Positions 49,792-64,000 of a stretch of 64,000 nucleotides of DNA are shown here, one piece after another. Under the pieces are notes generated by a model that saw nothing but the letters and a program-made list of their open reading frames with translations, did not search any database and was not told the origin of the DNA. Position 1 is the first letter of the stretch, and each line of letters starts with the position of its first letter. The stretch comes from Botryllus schlosseri (lineage: Eukaryota), in assembly GCA_051294905.1 (NCBI GenBank), contig CM119371.1:38008001-38072000 (forward strand), written 5' to 3'. The position numbers were made by a program, and so were the translations under genes.

Positions 49792-52700
49792 AGGCCATAA
49801 AACGATTGTAGTGTAGCAACACCAATTTACGAGACTTGTGTAACTGTGTCTTTTGTGCTGATAACACTACCTAAAAATTAAAATGAATTTCGTGAATTGT
49901 AAAATTATTTGATGTAACTGTGTCTTTTGTGCTGATAACAATACCGACAAATTAGAATCAATTTCGTGTATATTCATTGTAATATTATTTGAGCAATAAG
50001 AAGATGACGGGGCGCAGTGGCTTACTACGCGAGTCAGTCGGTGTGAATAAGCAGGCGCGTGGCCAGCAACGAAATACAGGCACTATTTCTGAGGTACTCG
50101 AGTCAGTTTTGTCTACTATCACAGTTACCAACGTGCTTGCGCTCGACAGTTTTATGGGGACCTACTCTTTTATAATTAGGATAGAAGGCGATTTCACGAT
50201 ACCGACATTTCTTAAAAACTACTTGAGTACTCCAAAGCTATATTTTGTCTTTCCGTTTTGAAGTAAATGTAGCATGTGTTGTGAATCGCTCCAGCTATCT
50301 CGATAACCTCGCCAGAATGCGTAGTTTCTTCTGGATCTGCAGTTCTCAGCACGTTGTGCATACACAGAGAGAGGGACTGCAGTGGCGACTTGCTTCAGTC
50401 GAGTAACGGGCGATGTCGATTTCACACGCATACCAAAGTACATCTTGTGAGAATGATATACCATCACCCCGGCTATTCTCGGTACGACGTTGGATCATTT
50501 GGCTGTACTAAGGTAGGTATACCCCGGCATGGTCGACTGCGCTCGATCTTTTTACATGTAACGGTAGATTACGTCGCTTTTACTGTTCACCTATACTTCA
50601 TGTAAAGGTAGTTTACGTCGCTTTTACTATTCACTTATACATGTTTACACAGGCCCACGTATATCCACGTAATAGCCAGCACAATACCATCATAGCGTCA
50701 TTTTTCCGATTTGGCTACGTACCCGACTTTTGTAATCTAGGCCCACATTTTGCGTTACTCGTGGTGTTTTTTGGATATGTTAAGCTAACAAGGAGAGCAA
50801 ATTGACAGAAAGAGAGTACATTTTGGCGAAGGGTGACATATCTGGGAAATGGAGGACATATGCTCCCCTAAATGAGGCCGCATGGTAACCCTATTAAAAT
50901 AGGAGGGTCGACGGGGACATCAAATATATCGCGTTGCTGTCAACCAGAAAACGCGAGTTTTGTCAAGTCGCAGATTGATGACTGACAGCGATTGTGTCAC
51001 GCTCGATTGATCACAGCTGATTTACGTACATCACACCGCGTCGTTGACCGTTGACCGCATGTTGACCGGTAAAGCTATTGTCATCGTGACACGATTTTTA
51101 CCAATATACTTCTTGAGGTGCCAAATCTGATCGCACTAATAACACCTGTATAGACGAATCAAACAGAATCCCGCCAAAGGGGCGATACCAAGTCTCATTG
51201 TACGTAAATTATTATACAACGACACCTATATTACAGCAGAACAATCTTGTCTGGACGGAGGAGGTCACGAAACATCTCCGGACCCGGCGCAGATTTCATC
51301 AGTTTTCAGCGAAGCCAGATTGGATGCGGCCAAATGGCCTTGAGAGTCGGATTTATACTATATTTTGTCCTCACAACATGTGAAAATAACAGGACTTTAC
51401 GTGCTAGCCTGATTTTCTGGACTTTGATTTGGCAACCCGAGTCGGGGTGGAGTCAGAATTCGAAATCTCTCGCTCATCTTTACACCTCACCGAAAGTAGG
51501 CTAGATCGCATCTCGTATGATCTGACACAATTCATCCCCCATTATTGCACCACCGCAACCGAGCGTGTTTCAACAAAATAACGTCGGTCCACTGATCCCC
51601 GCTAAAGCGAGCTATCCCAGATTCGTCACTGTACAATTGAATCTGACATCGTACTCGCAGTTACCGAGAGGAAAATGCAAGGCCCGAAGGCGTGACACAG
51701 CAATTCTCTGACGGTAACACTCCCCCCGAATCCATATATCCGTAGTATGATGCCGCAAATATGCTTGGAGGTGTTGGCATAACATGTGTTGAGGATATAT
51801 GATGCCGCGAATATGCTTGGAGGTGTTGGCATAAAATGTGTTGAGGATATATTTACGACACATACGCGAACACAACTGATTGTCTGCAGCGAAATTTGTC
51901 GACTTCGAGCGACAGTGCGTGGCTGCCGAAGCAATATACCCGTGGTAAGCAATATACCCGTAGTATGATATTGTAAATATGTGTGGAGGTGTTGAGGATT
52001 TTTTACGGGGCACGCGGACACAAGTGATTGTCTGCAGCGAAATGAGTCGCCCTCGAACGACAACTGCGTGGTGAGCTCGTGATCGATATGTGTATGTTAC
52101 AGACGGGTAAAGCATTCGTTCGCCAACAGATCGATTCAAGTTGTGCAATGTACATCATGTACACTGTACAGCATACAAAATTAATATGACGCGGTAAATT
52201 GTATGTCATTTACAGACACCGGCACGATTACGCTGGACCAGACGTGAAGCAGTAAAAGAACCCATCATAAATACATTGTTTGGTTGGGACTGTCTGTCCT
52301 AAGACGCTAGAACGCGGTATAGGTATGGAACAGCAGTTGTTGCTTGCACCGATTACTAGGTACGTAATGCCGGAAGTTAACACGTTGATGAATTGAGAAT
52401 CAGCTATTTGTTTAATTACTTATTATTTTCATAATCCTATTTTATTTAAGTCAATCCATGTCGGGGCGCCTAATACAAATTTCTACTACATTTAATCTGA
52501 TTCTCGGTATGACTCGAAATGACACATATATTTATAATCATAACAGATCATTTCTCCTCACTATTTAAGTCAACAAAAAAGCAAAAGGCGGACAAGTACG
52601 ACAGTATGAGACAGACCACAAGCGTCACTTTACACAGACGGACGTATAGGCACCTAAAACACGCACCAGAATCTAACGGATCAGGAGAAAACTACACTGA

Positions 52701-55700
52701 CGTCACGACCGGCAATTATTCCTATGAACCACCGTACACGAAATTGAGTCAACCGCGGAACGACGAGTCAACCAGTTTGACGGGTTATTGCTCCCAAGCC
52801 ACGAAATTGAACCACGAGACGACGGGTCAGGGCAGGCAACTATTATCACCGTCGCGTACGACCGGAGTCAGCTGTAGTTTCGTGTCCTTGTTCAGAGGTC
52901 AAGCGAGACAGATTAAATCATGAGTGGAAAAGTACAAGTAGAATTACTAATCAATAAGTTTCACGTCTGGTCAGAGTACAAAAGGTCAATCGATATTTTG
53001 GAAGCTGATTACGTTCAATATATTCGCAAACCCCAGAATAAAGGCAGGTAGAATCAGGAGGCGAGTGGAAAAGTACAAGTAGAATGACTCAAGTCTCATG
53101 TCTGAGTACAAAGGTCAATCCAGATTCTTCGTTCGTTTTCTCTCTATCGTTAATTATTCCCCTTTTTTTGATTGCCGCACACAGGGTCATAAAAGTATTG
53201 CTGCAAAAATGAGAATGAGCTAATTCTTTCATTGTTTATTATATTGATAATCTTTGTTTGTTTATTATAAATCGCGAATGGGCACCTTCCGCCCATTTCT
53301 CTAACTACTTACGCGTCAGTAAGTCTCATCGAAGTTGGATGAAAAGCTTTACGTAGTTTACCTACAATTCGATAATATGAATATATTTTTGAGCCAATAA
53401 CATAACAAATATAACTAAACTTTAGCCAATTCTACAATTTTCTAAATAGCCCTATGGTAGGGTTACCATACGTCCTCTTTTTAGAGGATTTGTCATCATT
53501 TTTTACTTTTTTGAAAGTGTCCTCGGAGGACGCCCTTTTGTCCTCTTTTTTTTTGAGATTTTGTCCATTTTTTGAGAATTTTGGTCATATTTATAGCAAA
53601 ATGCGACTGAGATGCCGTAAATCAGCACCGAAGTGACGCTCCGGCGGGTATTTCGGGAGCTGAGTGGAAAGTTGACCTTTTTTTTAGTCAACCGTCTACA
53701 ATATAGGAAAAATTTACAATTTATTTGAGAATTCTCCTCCTATTTTGCAAGTCTGAAAATCCTGAAAAAGTGTCCTCTTCTCGGATTTCCAAAATATGGT
53801 AGCCCTACCTATGGTCCACCTCAAAATGCTCCTGTGGCCCACTGTTTGAGAACCCCTAAGCTAGACTAATCGGCGACTTGACGTATCAATATCGAAGGTT
53901 TCGCCCATAATGCGTATATCATTTCATCGGCGACGATCTTTCTGCGAGGGCACAGGTGAAGTCGGATGCTGAACGACACGTTGTTTCATAATTGCTAATA
54001 TAGTCTGATTCAATTCTGTACCTTAGTAATATTTTTTAATATGATAATAATTTTCTTGAGGGGTACCGATAACAGAAGCAAGCCACCGAGTGACATTAAA
54101 TTTCAAAAGTTCAAGTTAAATAAATGCGCCGCGAAATATTCAACTTTATTGTAATATACGAAAATCTACAAACATGCGGTTGGTCCCTGACTACGCCAAT
54201 CCGTCGGCGCTGATAGTTTAGTCATCAAGATACCAAGTTTTGTGGTCAAGCCAATCAGATTTTTGACTGGCCTTACAAGTAATAAATTATCTGGGCATTT
54301 GATATAACTAATTTAGACAATTACCTCGCGGGGCACTCAAAACCTTCTTACGGGTGACAGGTTGGTCATCCCCAATATATTGCATCGATTCCCAACCAGA
54401 AAGCGTTTGCTTTTTCTCTGGGGTTCGCGGAGACGACAATAAAATCATCATCATCATCATCATCATTTTAACAACATTGTTATTAAATCAAAACACCCGC
54501 CATCTCACTGATTCTGCATTTTTCGTTCATGAATTGAATGAATTACGTATTTGTTTTAACACAGTTGTAACGGAATGGCAATTGTTGCGCACATAGTCGT
54601 TGATATGAGTTACCGCGACGCAAGTTTCCGAACCGCTGATGCATATATTCAACTAAGCATTATTTCTCGGCTGTGACGTGGGCCTATTTCTCTCGCGCGG
54701 AATCGCGGAAGTGCTCGTTTGTGAGAAGTTTGCAGCGTTGCTAGTTACTTGTGAGTAGCGAAATATCTGTACAACGTATGGTGTCGGCCTCGTGTAAAAT
54801 GACGATTGACGATTGATCTCGAAGCACCATGAATACCAAACGAACAAATCATCACATCAACAATAACGGCCTGATGTGAGTCGGATTGTAGGCAGAGTAT
54901 TGTATATCATCGATCATGGAGCGCTTATTAAACTCAGCTTAAACCGGAAGGATGTTCATAATTCGAACCCGAACCAGATAAGTCTGACCAAACTGCACAA
55001 TTATTACAACAAAAATCCAAGTAAACAATCCTGACTCTCAACAACAGAAACTCAAAGGGGAAATTCGGACGCCAAACGCTCTCTGCCAACTATCTTGAAA
55101 TTGGAAGTCGATGACATTCGAAGTGAATATAAGCTCTACGTATTTTTGAGACGCTTTTTCGTGCCTTCCTTGCAATACACTATAATTTGAGACATTCTAG
55201 TCTAGCTAGTCTAGCTAGTCTGTTTTAACTGTTATCTCGGCAATCAGGAGACATCGTTGTGGCACATGCTCCCTGTATTTCTGATTTCTGATTTCTGACG
55301 GATAACAGTTAGTTTGGTGCAAAGAATGTTCAGATGCGCGCCAAACTCAACGTATACCCGAGTTTAGTCGCCTACCGGCTTCCAATGAAGATTCCCTAAC
55401 GTTGAAATACCGGAATGTTCATGGCATAGATCTGTCGATCATTTGAAGAATTTTATGAACACCGCTTTAGTCTGTGGTAAAACATAGGCCTATACACACG
55501 CTCGGCTTGGCGTGACACATAATTTAACGTAACCTACAATGCGCTTACAGAATCACCGCCGTTATAGCAGACTCCGCCGTTCTATGGTCGCTGGCACGCC
55601 CACGCTACAGTCAACGGCAGCTAATTTCAAACGCAATTAGCTAAATCCTAACGACTTTCCTGTGAGCTTATTTCATGCAGGCTCATTGACGTTTTTTGAT

Positions 55701-57888
55701 ATCAATATTGAGACATGGATATGCATCATTTTTGAGATTTTCCGAATTATGGACCACCCTAATGTCCTCCTCTAGAAGGATTTGTCCTCCATTTTCAGAT
55801 AATCGAAAATGTAATCCGAGGACGCCTGAACGTCCTCATTTTTTTGGAAAGTCGTCCTACTCTACAGCTTTGACACATTAGCTAATAATGGACAGGCTCA
55901 ATTAAAAAACGCAATGAATGACGCGAAATATGTAATGCGGATGTTTGAGCGGGTCATTCGGGAGTTGAACTGAAAAAATGACTTTTTTTTAGTCAACAAC
56001 ACAGCAGTAAAGTTAAGAAGTGGGTAAATCGGGAGTCGAGACGGAATGATGACCTTTTTTTCGGTAAAAGTATTAAAATCAGCCGTTTTTGTTTCCGGTA
56101 ATATAACTTGTACGATTCTCCTTACTCGATTTCAAAATCTCGTAACTCTTGCATATTTCTATGCTCCTTTTGTTTAAGTCGTGTATAATCTGGCATTAGC
56201 CCGGCGTATGCGTTTTGAGGAATACAACCGTAAACACGGATGTTTGAATTTGGTGCGTCATTATTTAATCGCGATTCGGATCTCTCTGGAGGCCGGAGGC
56301 CTTTTGAGCCAGACGATACAGCAGTGCGACCACCGATATTTTATTGATCATTTGTGTAACTATTGTAGTCTCCATGAACTCCGCATATAACGATTTCGCA
56401 TTGGCGTTTTCGATTCGGTTAATAACTACAGTTTGATTCATATTTCCATAAAACTTAGTGTGCACTTTTTTGCCTTTTCAGCATTGTGTGTCAATGTCAC
56501 CGACTCGTTCCTATTGGGGACTAGACTGAAACCACAACAGCGCAGTCAGAGGGTTATGATGCGGCCTATGAACATGCCAGACATTTGCTGTCTTAAGGGA
56601 TTATTATCTAATGAAAGTAGGCTATTTTACCTACTTTTATATTATTTACTCAGAATTACTTCGCGGGCCGGATGAAATGGTATGGCGGGTCGTAGGTTTG
56701 GCAATCCTGCTCTAAAGAAAACGTTGCGCACTATATATCTTCTGAATTGATGAGCGATCTCGACGATTATCTTGCAAATAATTTTACATTAAGTATGTTT
56801 AGCCACAGGCAACATAATGAACGGTCCTGGCTCGTAACGCACAAGTAAAGGTATTTATAGATTTCATAGATTTCATCGCCACGACAGAAGTATAGATTCT
56901 AGAACAGAGAATCGAGAACTGTTCATTCCATACACCAAGCCAAATATATTGTAATGCACAGGACGCATTGCGCGTTCCTTGCTGCTTACTGAAGTATTGG
57001 ATCCCTTCTGATGGTGCAGCGTGGGTCGAAGTTATGAAGTTGGTCAGCTTTCAAGCCGCTCACAACAAAGGACAACGATTTACTTTCTTTAGTCATCTTA
57101 CTCGCTGAACTGATTTCTGCGAATAAACGCAACTTCAGATCTGCAGCGCTGTCGATTTTCTGTCGATGACAATGGTGTTTGTATGTGCACTCCAAATCAC
57201 AGCGATATAGGCTACCCGTCTAGTAACCGGTCGCATGGTTTTTCTACCACATGCCGTTTACCATTAATTGTGCGGGCCACTTGAATATCAACAACCTTTT
57301 TTCTGTTAATGTTTATCTGCATACAGCGCAACTAAATCTGATGACTGAAGACAGCACAATCGCTTCACGCTTGAAGTGATCGCAAACCTGGCAAACAGGA
57401 CGTAAGAAACGCTACCGTGAGACACGTGATATTCATTTACATTTTAATTGGTTAATATCGCTGACGCCAATCTGTCCGGCCGACGATGGAAAGAAGAACA
57501 ATCAGTCTTATGAATTCGAGAGCGATCAGTTTTTGTACATCAAAGATGCCGCCTCACTGTAGTGTTAAGACGGGTGCGTTCACTTCTCTCCTGCGCTGTC
57601 TTCGCCTGGTTCGGCCTTGAATATGCACCAGTGTTTCTCAAACTGGGGTCCGCGGTCCTTTTGGGGTCCGCGAGACAATTATTTAGGACCGCGAAGCACG
57701 TCCCAAAAAATTCAAACTGTCCAGATTTTTTTTTGGGGTGGGGAGGATCATAGAAAATTTCAGGTAACTTATTTTTAAACCAAATTCGGTGGTAGCTCGA
57801 TATTGTATCGTTAATCAACATAAAGTAAAGTGTTTTGGTGAAGAATTATTCAATTTAAAACTTGAGTCGCGCTTCGCGTGCTCTAGTG

Positions 57889-58924
57889 CAGGGGTGGGCA
57901 AACTTTTGAGCTCGCGGGCCGCATTCAACATCTGAATTCATTCGCGGGCCGCACTATACAAAATTGGGATTATAAACCGAAACGCAATATTGATATTTGA
58001 ATGTATAGTGAGGACAGGGAGATATGTGTCAAGCCAAACATTGCTTTGATGATTTCGTACATGCATCAGAAACATATATAGTGGCGAGATTTCATAGGCT
58101 GGCGGACCTCAATAACCAATTTGTCAAAACTATAGAGATGAAAGTCGGTTGGCCCATTCTTAGAACAGGATTCAAATTTAAATCTGTGAGAAGCGATCAT
58201 CTGTTCATAGATTTATTAATTCCACTTTTGGTTCGGTTCCGGGACACACAATGCTGAAAGCATCATGACCATGTTAGCTTCTACTACCCCCATTCTATGC
58301 ATACAGACAACGAATCTACCTAAGACACGCGCGAATCGTTTTTTATAAGCACATCACTGAAATAATTAAAAATGTAGTGGCCAATCTGAAATCCCATTGG
58401 TGATCCAAATTATGTCAATCTTGTTGCAGCTATCCCACTGTGATATTAAGTATTTACCTTAGATCAGGGGTTCTCAAACTTTTTAAGACACGCCCCACCC
58501 CATCTGGTGATGGTGAAAGATTTCGCGCCCCCTTATCGTCATTTCACAAAACGCAACCAGGATGCTATGCAAACCTAGGGTAGTTTAATGGCATGGAAGG
58601 TTACGACTGTGGATGAGAGGTTTTTCTACATGCAAATCAGCCTAAATACAGAGCAATAGCTGCTATCAATTGGATGTAAATATTCGCGCGAAGCGCGAAA
58701 AAATTTTTCAGTTGAGCTCAGCTTCGCGTCCCCCTTCAGAGCCACTGTCCAAGAATTATCATGGTGAAATATACTAAGAAAAAGTTAATCAAGACCCTGC
58801 ATTATTTCAATTTTTAGTACGCATTTATCCATATTTTTAAAAAGTTTCTTTAGACTCTCGCGGGCCGCACAGAACGGTGTTGCGGGCCGCATGCGGCCCG
58901 CGGGCCGTAGTTTGCCCACCCCTG
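57889..58924. mobile_element. hAT MITE present only in copy B
   Basis: TIR caggggtgggcaaact / agtttgcccacccctg. Perfect TSD CTCTAGTG. Confidence 0.93.
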
Positions 58925-59429
58925 CTCTAGTGTCACTGCATTTCTTGATTTTAATGAGCGTATCTACAGTTTTTTCACGGTTTGGTCTAGGTGGCCGCTA
59001 AGTAGCTTTAAGACACCGCAAACTTCATATAATGCCAGAAATGTTCTCCCACCTAAGAGAAGCTTCGGTTAAGTTACGCCAAAAGCAATTGTTAAAACTA
59101 AACGTCAGGTTGAGTAAATACGTTTATGACATCATAAGCTTCATAATATCCAGTTGAAGTCAGAGAAGAGTCCAGAAGGAATAGAATTACCTCGAAACTA
59201 GGTTTCGCAAGAAAAGCTATTATTATGTTATTTCTGTAGTATTATCACCGAGCTTTTAGTTGTAAGACTGACTATACTTAGACAGGCACCTTTACAAGCC
59301 GAACTCGAAGTGTATTCCTTCAGCAGAACACATGCATGTCTGTTATCAAAACAATACAGGAACCCATCGCTGGGCTCAATCAAGCATATCATAACACCAC
59401 AATTTCTGATTTCAAAGGTTACTTTAGGA

Positions 59430-62282
59430 CAGGGGCGGGCAACATACAGCCCGCGGGCCGGATCCGGCCCGCGAAGGGATTTTGACCGGCCCGCCAAGAG
59501 TTTTTACTCTGAAAGTGAAATTTTATTCTGAAAGTATTGACAAATTTTATGCGTCACATAATGAATCCAAGTTTGCCAACCTGAGAAAGATGGACATTAA
59601 ACTACTTGCTCTGTTCGGGTCTACAAACATTTTCGACCATGAACCAGTATTGGGATGACTCGAGTCACCTGGGGAAAATGACTTGACTTGACTTGACTCG
59701 ACGCTTCAGAAATGCAGACTGACTCGTGACTCGAAGCAAAATTTACGAGTCAATTTCAAGTCATCAAGTAATCGACGTCGACTAAATCGCTGTATCTTGA
59801 ATAAGTTCGGATTGCCAACCAATGAATCAATGATTGTACGTCTTACCGAATCTCCATTGTTACATCACAAATAAATTGATCGCAAACGCAGTGATCGGTG
59901 CTTATACAACAGCTTACGTTATCGTAAACTTGCTTACCTCAACCAACCCTCTTGTACATAATTTAAATCAAACGAATATCGCTCATACGTTTATAATTGT
60001 ATATCATGGATATGAAGGTGGGTAGGGTATCGAACTATATCATTTTTAAACTTTCTGAGGTTTCGTATGTTATCCTGTATTTTGGCTGTTATTTATAGAC
60101 TGAGGCTATACCTCTATACCAGTGGTTCCCAAACGGTGGGGAATTCCCCACTGGTGGGGAATTCAATGGTTTCCGGTGGGGAATAGACGTATTTGTTCAA
60201 AATTATATACAGGACAGTCTACATATTCACGGAGACAAATGCGCAATTACCGTTACCAGTTACTGCTCTGGAATGTATGTATCGAAAATTATATTGCGTA
60301 ATGTTCACAAAACCTCATTTTTAACTCTGGATGACCAATGATGGCGTCACAACACAATCGCATCTAGCACGACTAGTTTGACGCGCAATAACGCTATCGC
60401 GAAATTTTGAGCGTTACTGGTTACTGGTATCGGTTCATATACGTTTTATGTTGCAGTTATAGGCGATTGTCTTGCGACTGGTGTGGTTGTGTGTCTTGTG
60501 TAGTCAAACCAGCAAATAGCTGCTCTGTGATGACAAAAGTGTTGGGTAAAGTGGGGAACAGGACCGTAACTGCCGCACCCAAACCCCCCAATTGGGGGGG
60601 TGAGCTCAAAGGGGCCCAAAATTATTTCGTGAATAAACATAAATTATAGAGTATTTTTTTTGAAATTTATGCCACTTTTTCAAAAAAATTTCGCGCTAAG
60701 TGCGCGATTTAATATTGCCGAATATCTTGATTATTGGGTACCCTTTCCCCACGAAAATACGTAGAATTTATAGAAATGGAGACTTCGGCGTCGGCCATCA
60801 CTGAGCCCCGACGCACCAAGACATATGAAGTTATAGGCCATGTAACATGCGGCTCCGAGAAGTGTGCCAGAACGATCAGCAGCGAGAAGACCTTGCCCGA
60901 GAAGGAATGCGCTTGTGTTGACCGAAAACTTCGATATATATACAATATACTTATATGTTTAATTGTCCATAGGCGGCTAAATGGTCTGCGCCGAATGTTC
61001 CTGTCCTGGCGATCTGAACCCCACAGGACAAATGCCATCACGCAGGGAAAAATTATTTGCCAAATTAATACCGATTTGAAATCGTGTGTGCTTTTTAGTT
61101 TTGACGATTTCCATATCTTTTGACATAGCAGATATAGGAGGTCATGAAATAGCATAATGCATCGAAGATTCGAAGTCAATATATACCAACGGGTCCGCCC
61201 GAAGATGTTTAATTATTATTTAGGGGTCCTACCTTTCCAACACACCTCACTCAGCTCTACCGGTAAATCTGATTACGTGAGAATAGAGAGGGGATAAAAA
61301 TTTGACAGCAAAATATATGCAATTCCCGATCATATTGACCGATTCAAACGTGAATTATATAAATTTTTCGCTCTTCGCGCGTTTAGTCGAAATAAGGCGA
61401 CGCACTAAACAGTAGACCCAATGTAGATGATAAGTAGCGGGGGAAAAGTGTACAGGCTCAGGGAGCTGAGGGGGAAGCCCCCCAGAAGTTGGGTTTATCA
61501 CCCTGTGGGGGCCCAAGACCAACGTTTTTTTGGAGGGGGGCTGACGAAGTGCTGTTACGGTCCTGGTGGGGAACGAAGACTCGGAATAAATCTGAAGTGG
61601 GGAATGAAGACAAAAAGGTTGGGAACCACTGCTCTATACTGTCGTAGTTGAGCAGTTCTACGTACGCGTGAGCGATACAGCGCCTTTTGTGCGCATAATC
61701 AAATCTTTATTCGTTCCTCGATTCAGAATAAATGGGTACTACATCTGTATTTAAAACAGTTAGCAAAATGTAATGACTTTGAATCGTGTCTAGTACTTTG
61801 AAATTTCAACTTTACTGGAATCGTGACTTGACTTGACACGACTTAACTCGAGTCACCTTTAAATATCGAGTGACTTGACTTGACTCACTCGAGTCAAAAT
61901 GTGCAATGACTCGAGATGACTTGTGAATCGAAGGTAGTTACATTACCGAGGAAGGCTGCGTTCCAATATAACTGATGTTCGTATGCAGTCTTTACTAAGG
62001 GTTTCCGCATACGACATGCAACCAGAGTTCAAAAAACTAGTTGACAATATTGAACGACCACAGACATCTGATTGACTTCAATAGCTGTTGTAAATAAATT
62101 CATTGAATACTGTTTTTGGTCTCTATGCTTTAAACTTAAAGTTTACATTAAATACAATTGATTCCTTGTATAGGTGGATAAATACGCGATTAAGGCATAA
62201 TGCATATAATCTGTAATCCGGCCCGCCAAGAGCTTCATTTTCCCATATCTGGCCCGCCGATCGGAGAAGTTGCCCGCCCCTG
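59430..62282 (+). mobile_element. Copy-B duplicate of the 4-level hAT nest
   Basis: Same TIRs and TSD CTTTAGGA as 14247-17091. Confidence 0.9.
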
Positions 62283-64000
62283 CTTTAGGACAAACATGAA
62301 TCTCTCAAGATGCGGTATAAACCTAGGCAATTTAAACTACATACAATCAACGCAACATAAAATGAATTATTCGACAAAACACAGCTTAAATGATTGTAAC
62401 AGCGACCAAACAGCCTGCCCAACACCGCCGCCAAACAAGTTTGCTGCGCATTCAAGCAAAGTGTGATTGTTGACACTTCTGCTCGTTGTGTTTCCACACG
62501 TAAAAACTGATCATCATGCGCCATAAATCAGAAATATACATTGACGAGTATCGAAGGTGCACTTCTTTCGTAAATAACTCTTTGATTCAGCTGTTAGCCG
62601 TACCTCCACTTATTCTATGTTCGTATTATCGACAAGACATAGCGAGAAACAATCATTACTTTCCTATATACTGTTGGTGCAAGTGGCGCTAGGCAAAATC
62701 GAGTACCTGAGTGATTCTGAATCACGTAATGTGCTTCGAGTCGAGTCGAGTAATCGAGTATCTCTCATTATGACGTCATAACGGAATGTGATATGTGAAA
62801 GTTCAAATATGTACCTTTTACGCGACGACAAAGAATAGAATGCATTTTATCCATCACATTAAAGATACTTTGGTATTTTTTCGACAATACCGATTTCATT
62901 GCACTTGGTGACGATGTTGTGGGATGATCATGACTTCGAAAATGTGCTCATTCCAGTAAAGTTCGTAGCTTTGTACTATATGTTTCGTATGCTACGATAC
63001 GGTCAATCAAGGTTTCAAGACTTCACCAGTGAACATTAGTATCGAAACTAAAATTCTCGTTGATAAATTAACTTTCAGTGGCGAGGAGCGTTTAATTTCA
63101 GTACTCAAAAAATCTTCTTTTACTACTCGATTCAGATTTGAATACTCGAATCATTGTGCCCATAGCCCTGGTTGCAAGTCTAAATTTTGGGAAACCGCTG
63201 GAGAAATTTCGGGGACCGTTTCGGTCCCCAAAACACCTTACAGAAAATAAGTCTACCGATATTCTCAATTGTGAGAGCATCGCTTGAGGCCGTTGAAATA
63301 CTTTGGTCCAGCGGTGCACAATTGCGGGTGCGTCGATCATCGGTATCGGCGCTGACCCTTTCCGCGCCAGAATACACCTAGACATGTGAAGTGCGCGGCC
63401 AATAGGATCATGCTATCATGGTATGTCGCCTAGACCAAAATTTTATTGTAGTTCAAATTGCTCAAGGACACTGCTTCTAACGCATATATCCTATGCCGAC
63501 CTCTACAAATATGAGCTATGAAATGCAAATGAGGGAAAAGAACCCAACTCCACACCTTTGAAGATTATTTGCACCGATTTGTTTCTCCATCCAGAACAAT
63601 TGGTATGATATATTAAAGTTTGGTTTGAGCTCGAAATTGGGGTCTACAATGTACTGTAGCTAACTCCTCAATAATTCCACACGCGGTAATCTCCCATAAT
63701 GGATTGGCCGCGAATTTCCAATTGGAATATACCCTGAAATCGAATCACTAGATTATGTCCACTATAGCTCAGCCAAGCTTTGAAAACTGGAAATATTCAC
63801 GGCTCAGTAAATTTGTTAGATAAATATCGAGAAATTCGACTCAATAACAATGTAGAGAATATGTACGCCAAAGAGGCGACATCGTTTCTCGCAACTACAA
63901 CGTCCTGCCGAATCGCTGTTTTGATAACATTCAAGGCTGTTTAGAAGCAGATCGAGTAAAATCATGCAACACAGTTTCCTTAAAACGCCATCGCAACTCG

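Larger units (their letters stand above)
30584..53309. mobile_element. Non-autonomous Maverick/Polinton-like foldback element carrying IAP cargo (22,726 bp)
   Basis: Starts AGTAGTTAGAGAAATGGGCGGAAGGTGCC at 30584 and ends GGCACCTTCCGCCCATTTCTCTAACTACT at 53309. Flanked by 6-bp direct repeat TACGCG (30578-30583, 53310-53315). The uninterrupted site ggatccaTACGCGtcagtaag is present in the paralogous copy (TACGCG at 9168-9173). AG...CT termini, 6-bp TSD and long TIRs are Maverick/Polinton hallmarks. No core Maverick ORFs in the ORF track. Confidence 0.85.
45954..53309 (-). repeat. Right inverted arm, interrupted by a hAT fragment at 47082-48228
   Basis: Reverse complement of 30584-35296 plus 41490-43082, except ~93 bp (41862-41954) that is replaced by the hAT fragment. 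Confidence 0.93.
26008..64000 (+). repeat. Segmental duplication copy B, interrupted by the Maverick-like element
   Basis: Partner of copy A. Sequence resumes seamlessly after the TSD at 53310, and the window end corresponds to 18809. Confidence 0.93.

Noticed and set aside
49792..50300. Possible RING exon downstream of the IAP
   Set aside because: I saw no RING-type Cys/His pattern immediately downstream or in the listed ORFs.
30584..53309. Giant palindrome as a fold-back sequencing or assembly artefact
   Set aside because: The arms carry different private insertions and SNPs, there is a distinct spacer, and the ends have a clean TSD with a matching empty site.
1..64000. tRNA, rRNA or prokaryotic operons and defence systems
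   Set aside because: None recognisable by eye. The low coding density, spliceosomal introns and TE content indicate eukaryotic nuclear DNA.

Overview
AT-rich, repeat-dense eukaryotic DNA, probably from an invertebrate. An ascidian origin is suggested by the style of the IAP sequence as I recall it and by short 60-110 nt introns, but this is not proven. The window holds two near-identical copies of a long unit: copy A from ~559 to at least 18809, and copy B at 26008-30583 plus 53310-64000, running off the window. Each copy carries a 6-exon gene for a secreted Thr-rich, C-type-lectin-like protein and many nested hAT-type MITEs. Copy B is interrupted by a 22,726-bp insertion (30584-53309) with Maverick/Polinton hallmarks: 5'-AGTAGT...ACTACT-3' ends and a 6-bp TSD TACGCG, with the empty site visible in copy A at 9168-9173. 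The element has no recognisable pPolB, integrase, ATPase, protease or capsid gene. It is essentially a giant foldback with ~6.3-kb inverted arms and a ~1.9-kb spacer once younger insertions are removed. Its only recognisable cargo is an intronless, RING-less three-BIR inhibitor-of-apoptosis (IAP) gene in each arm. Younger insertions inside it are a 6.2-kb non-autonomous LTR element, a truncated hAT transposase fragment and a MITE. A 5'-truncated RTE-like LINE, a solo LTR and a probable hAT excision footprint are also present.
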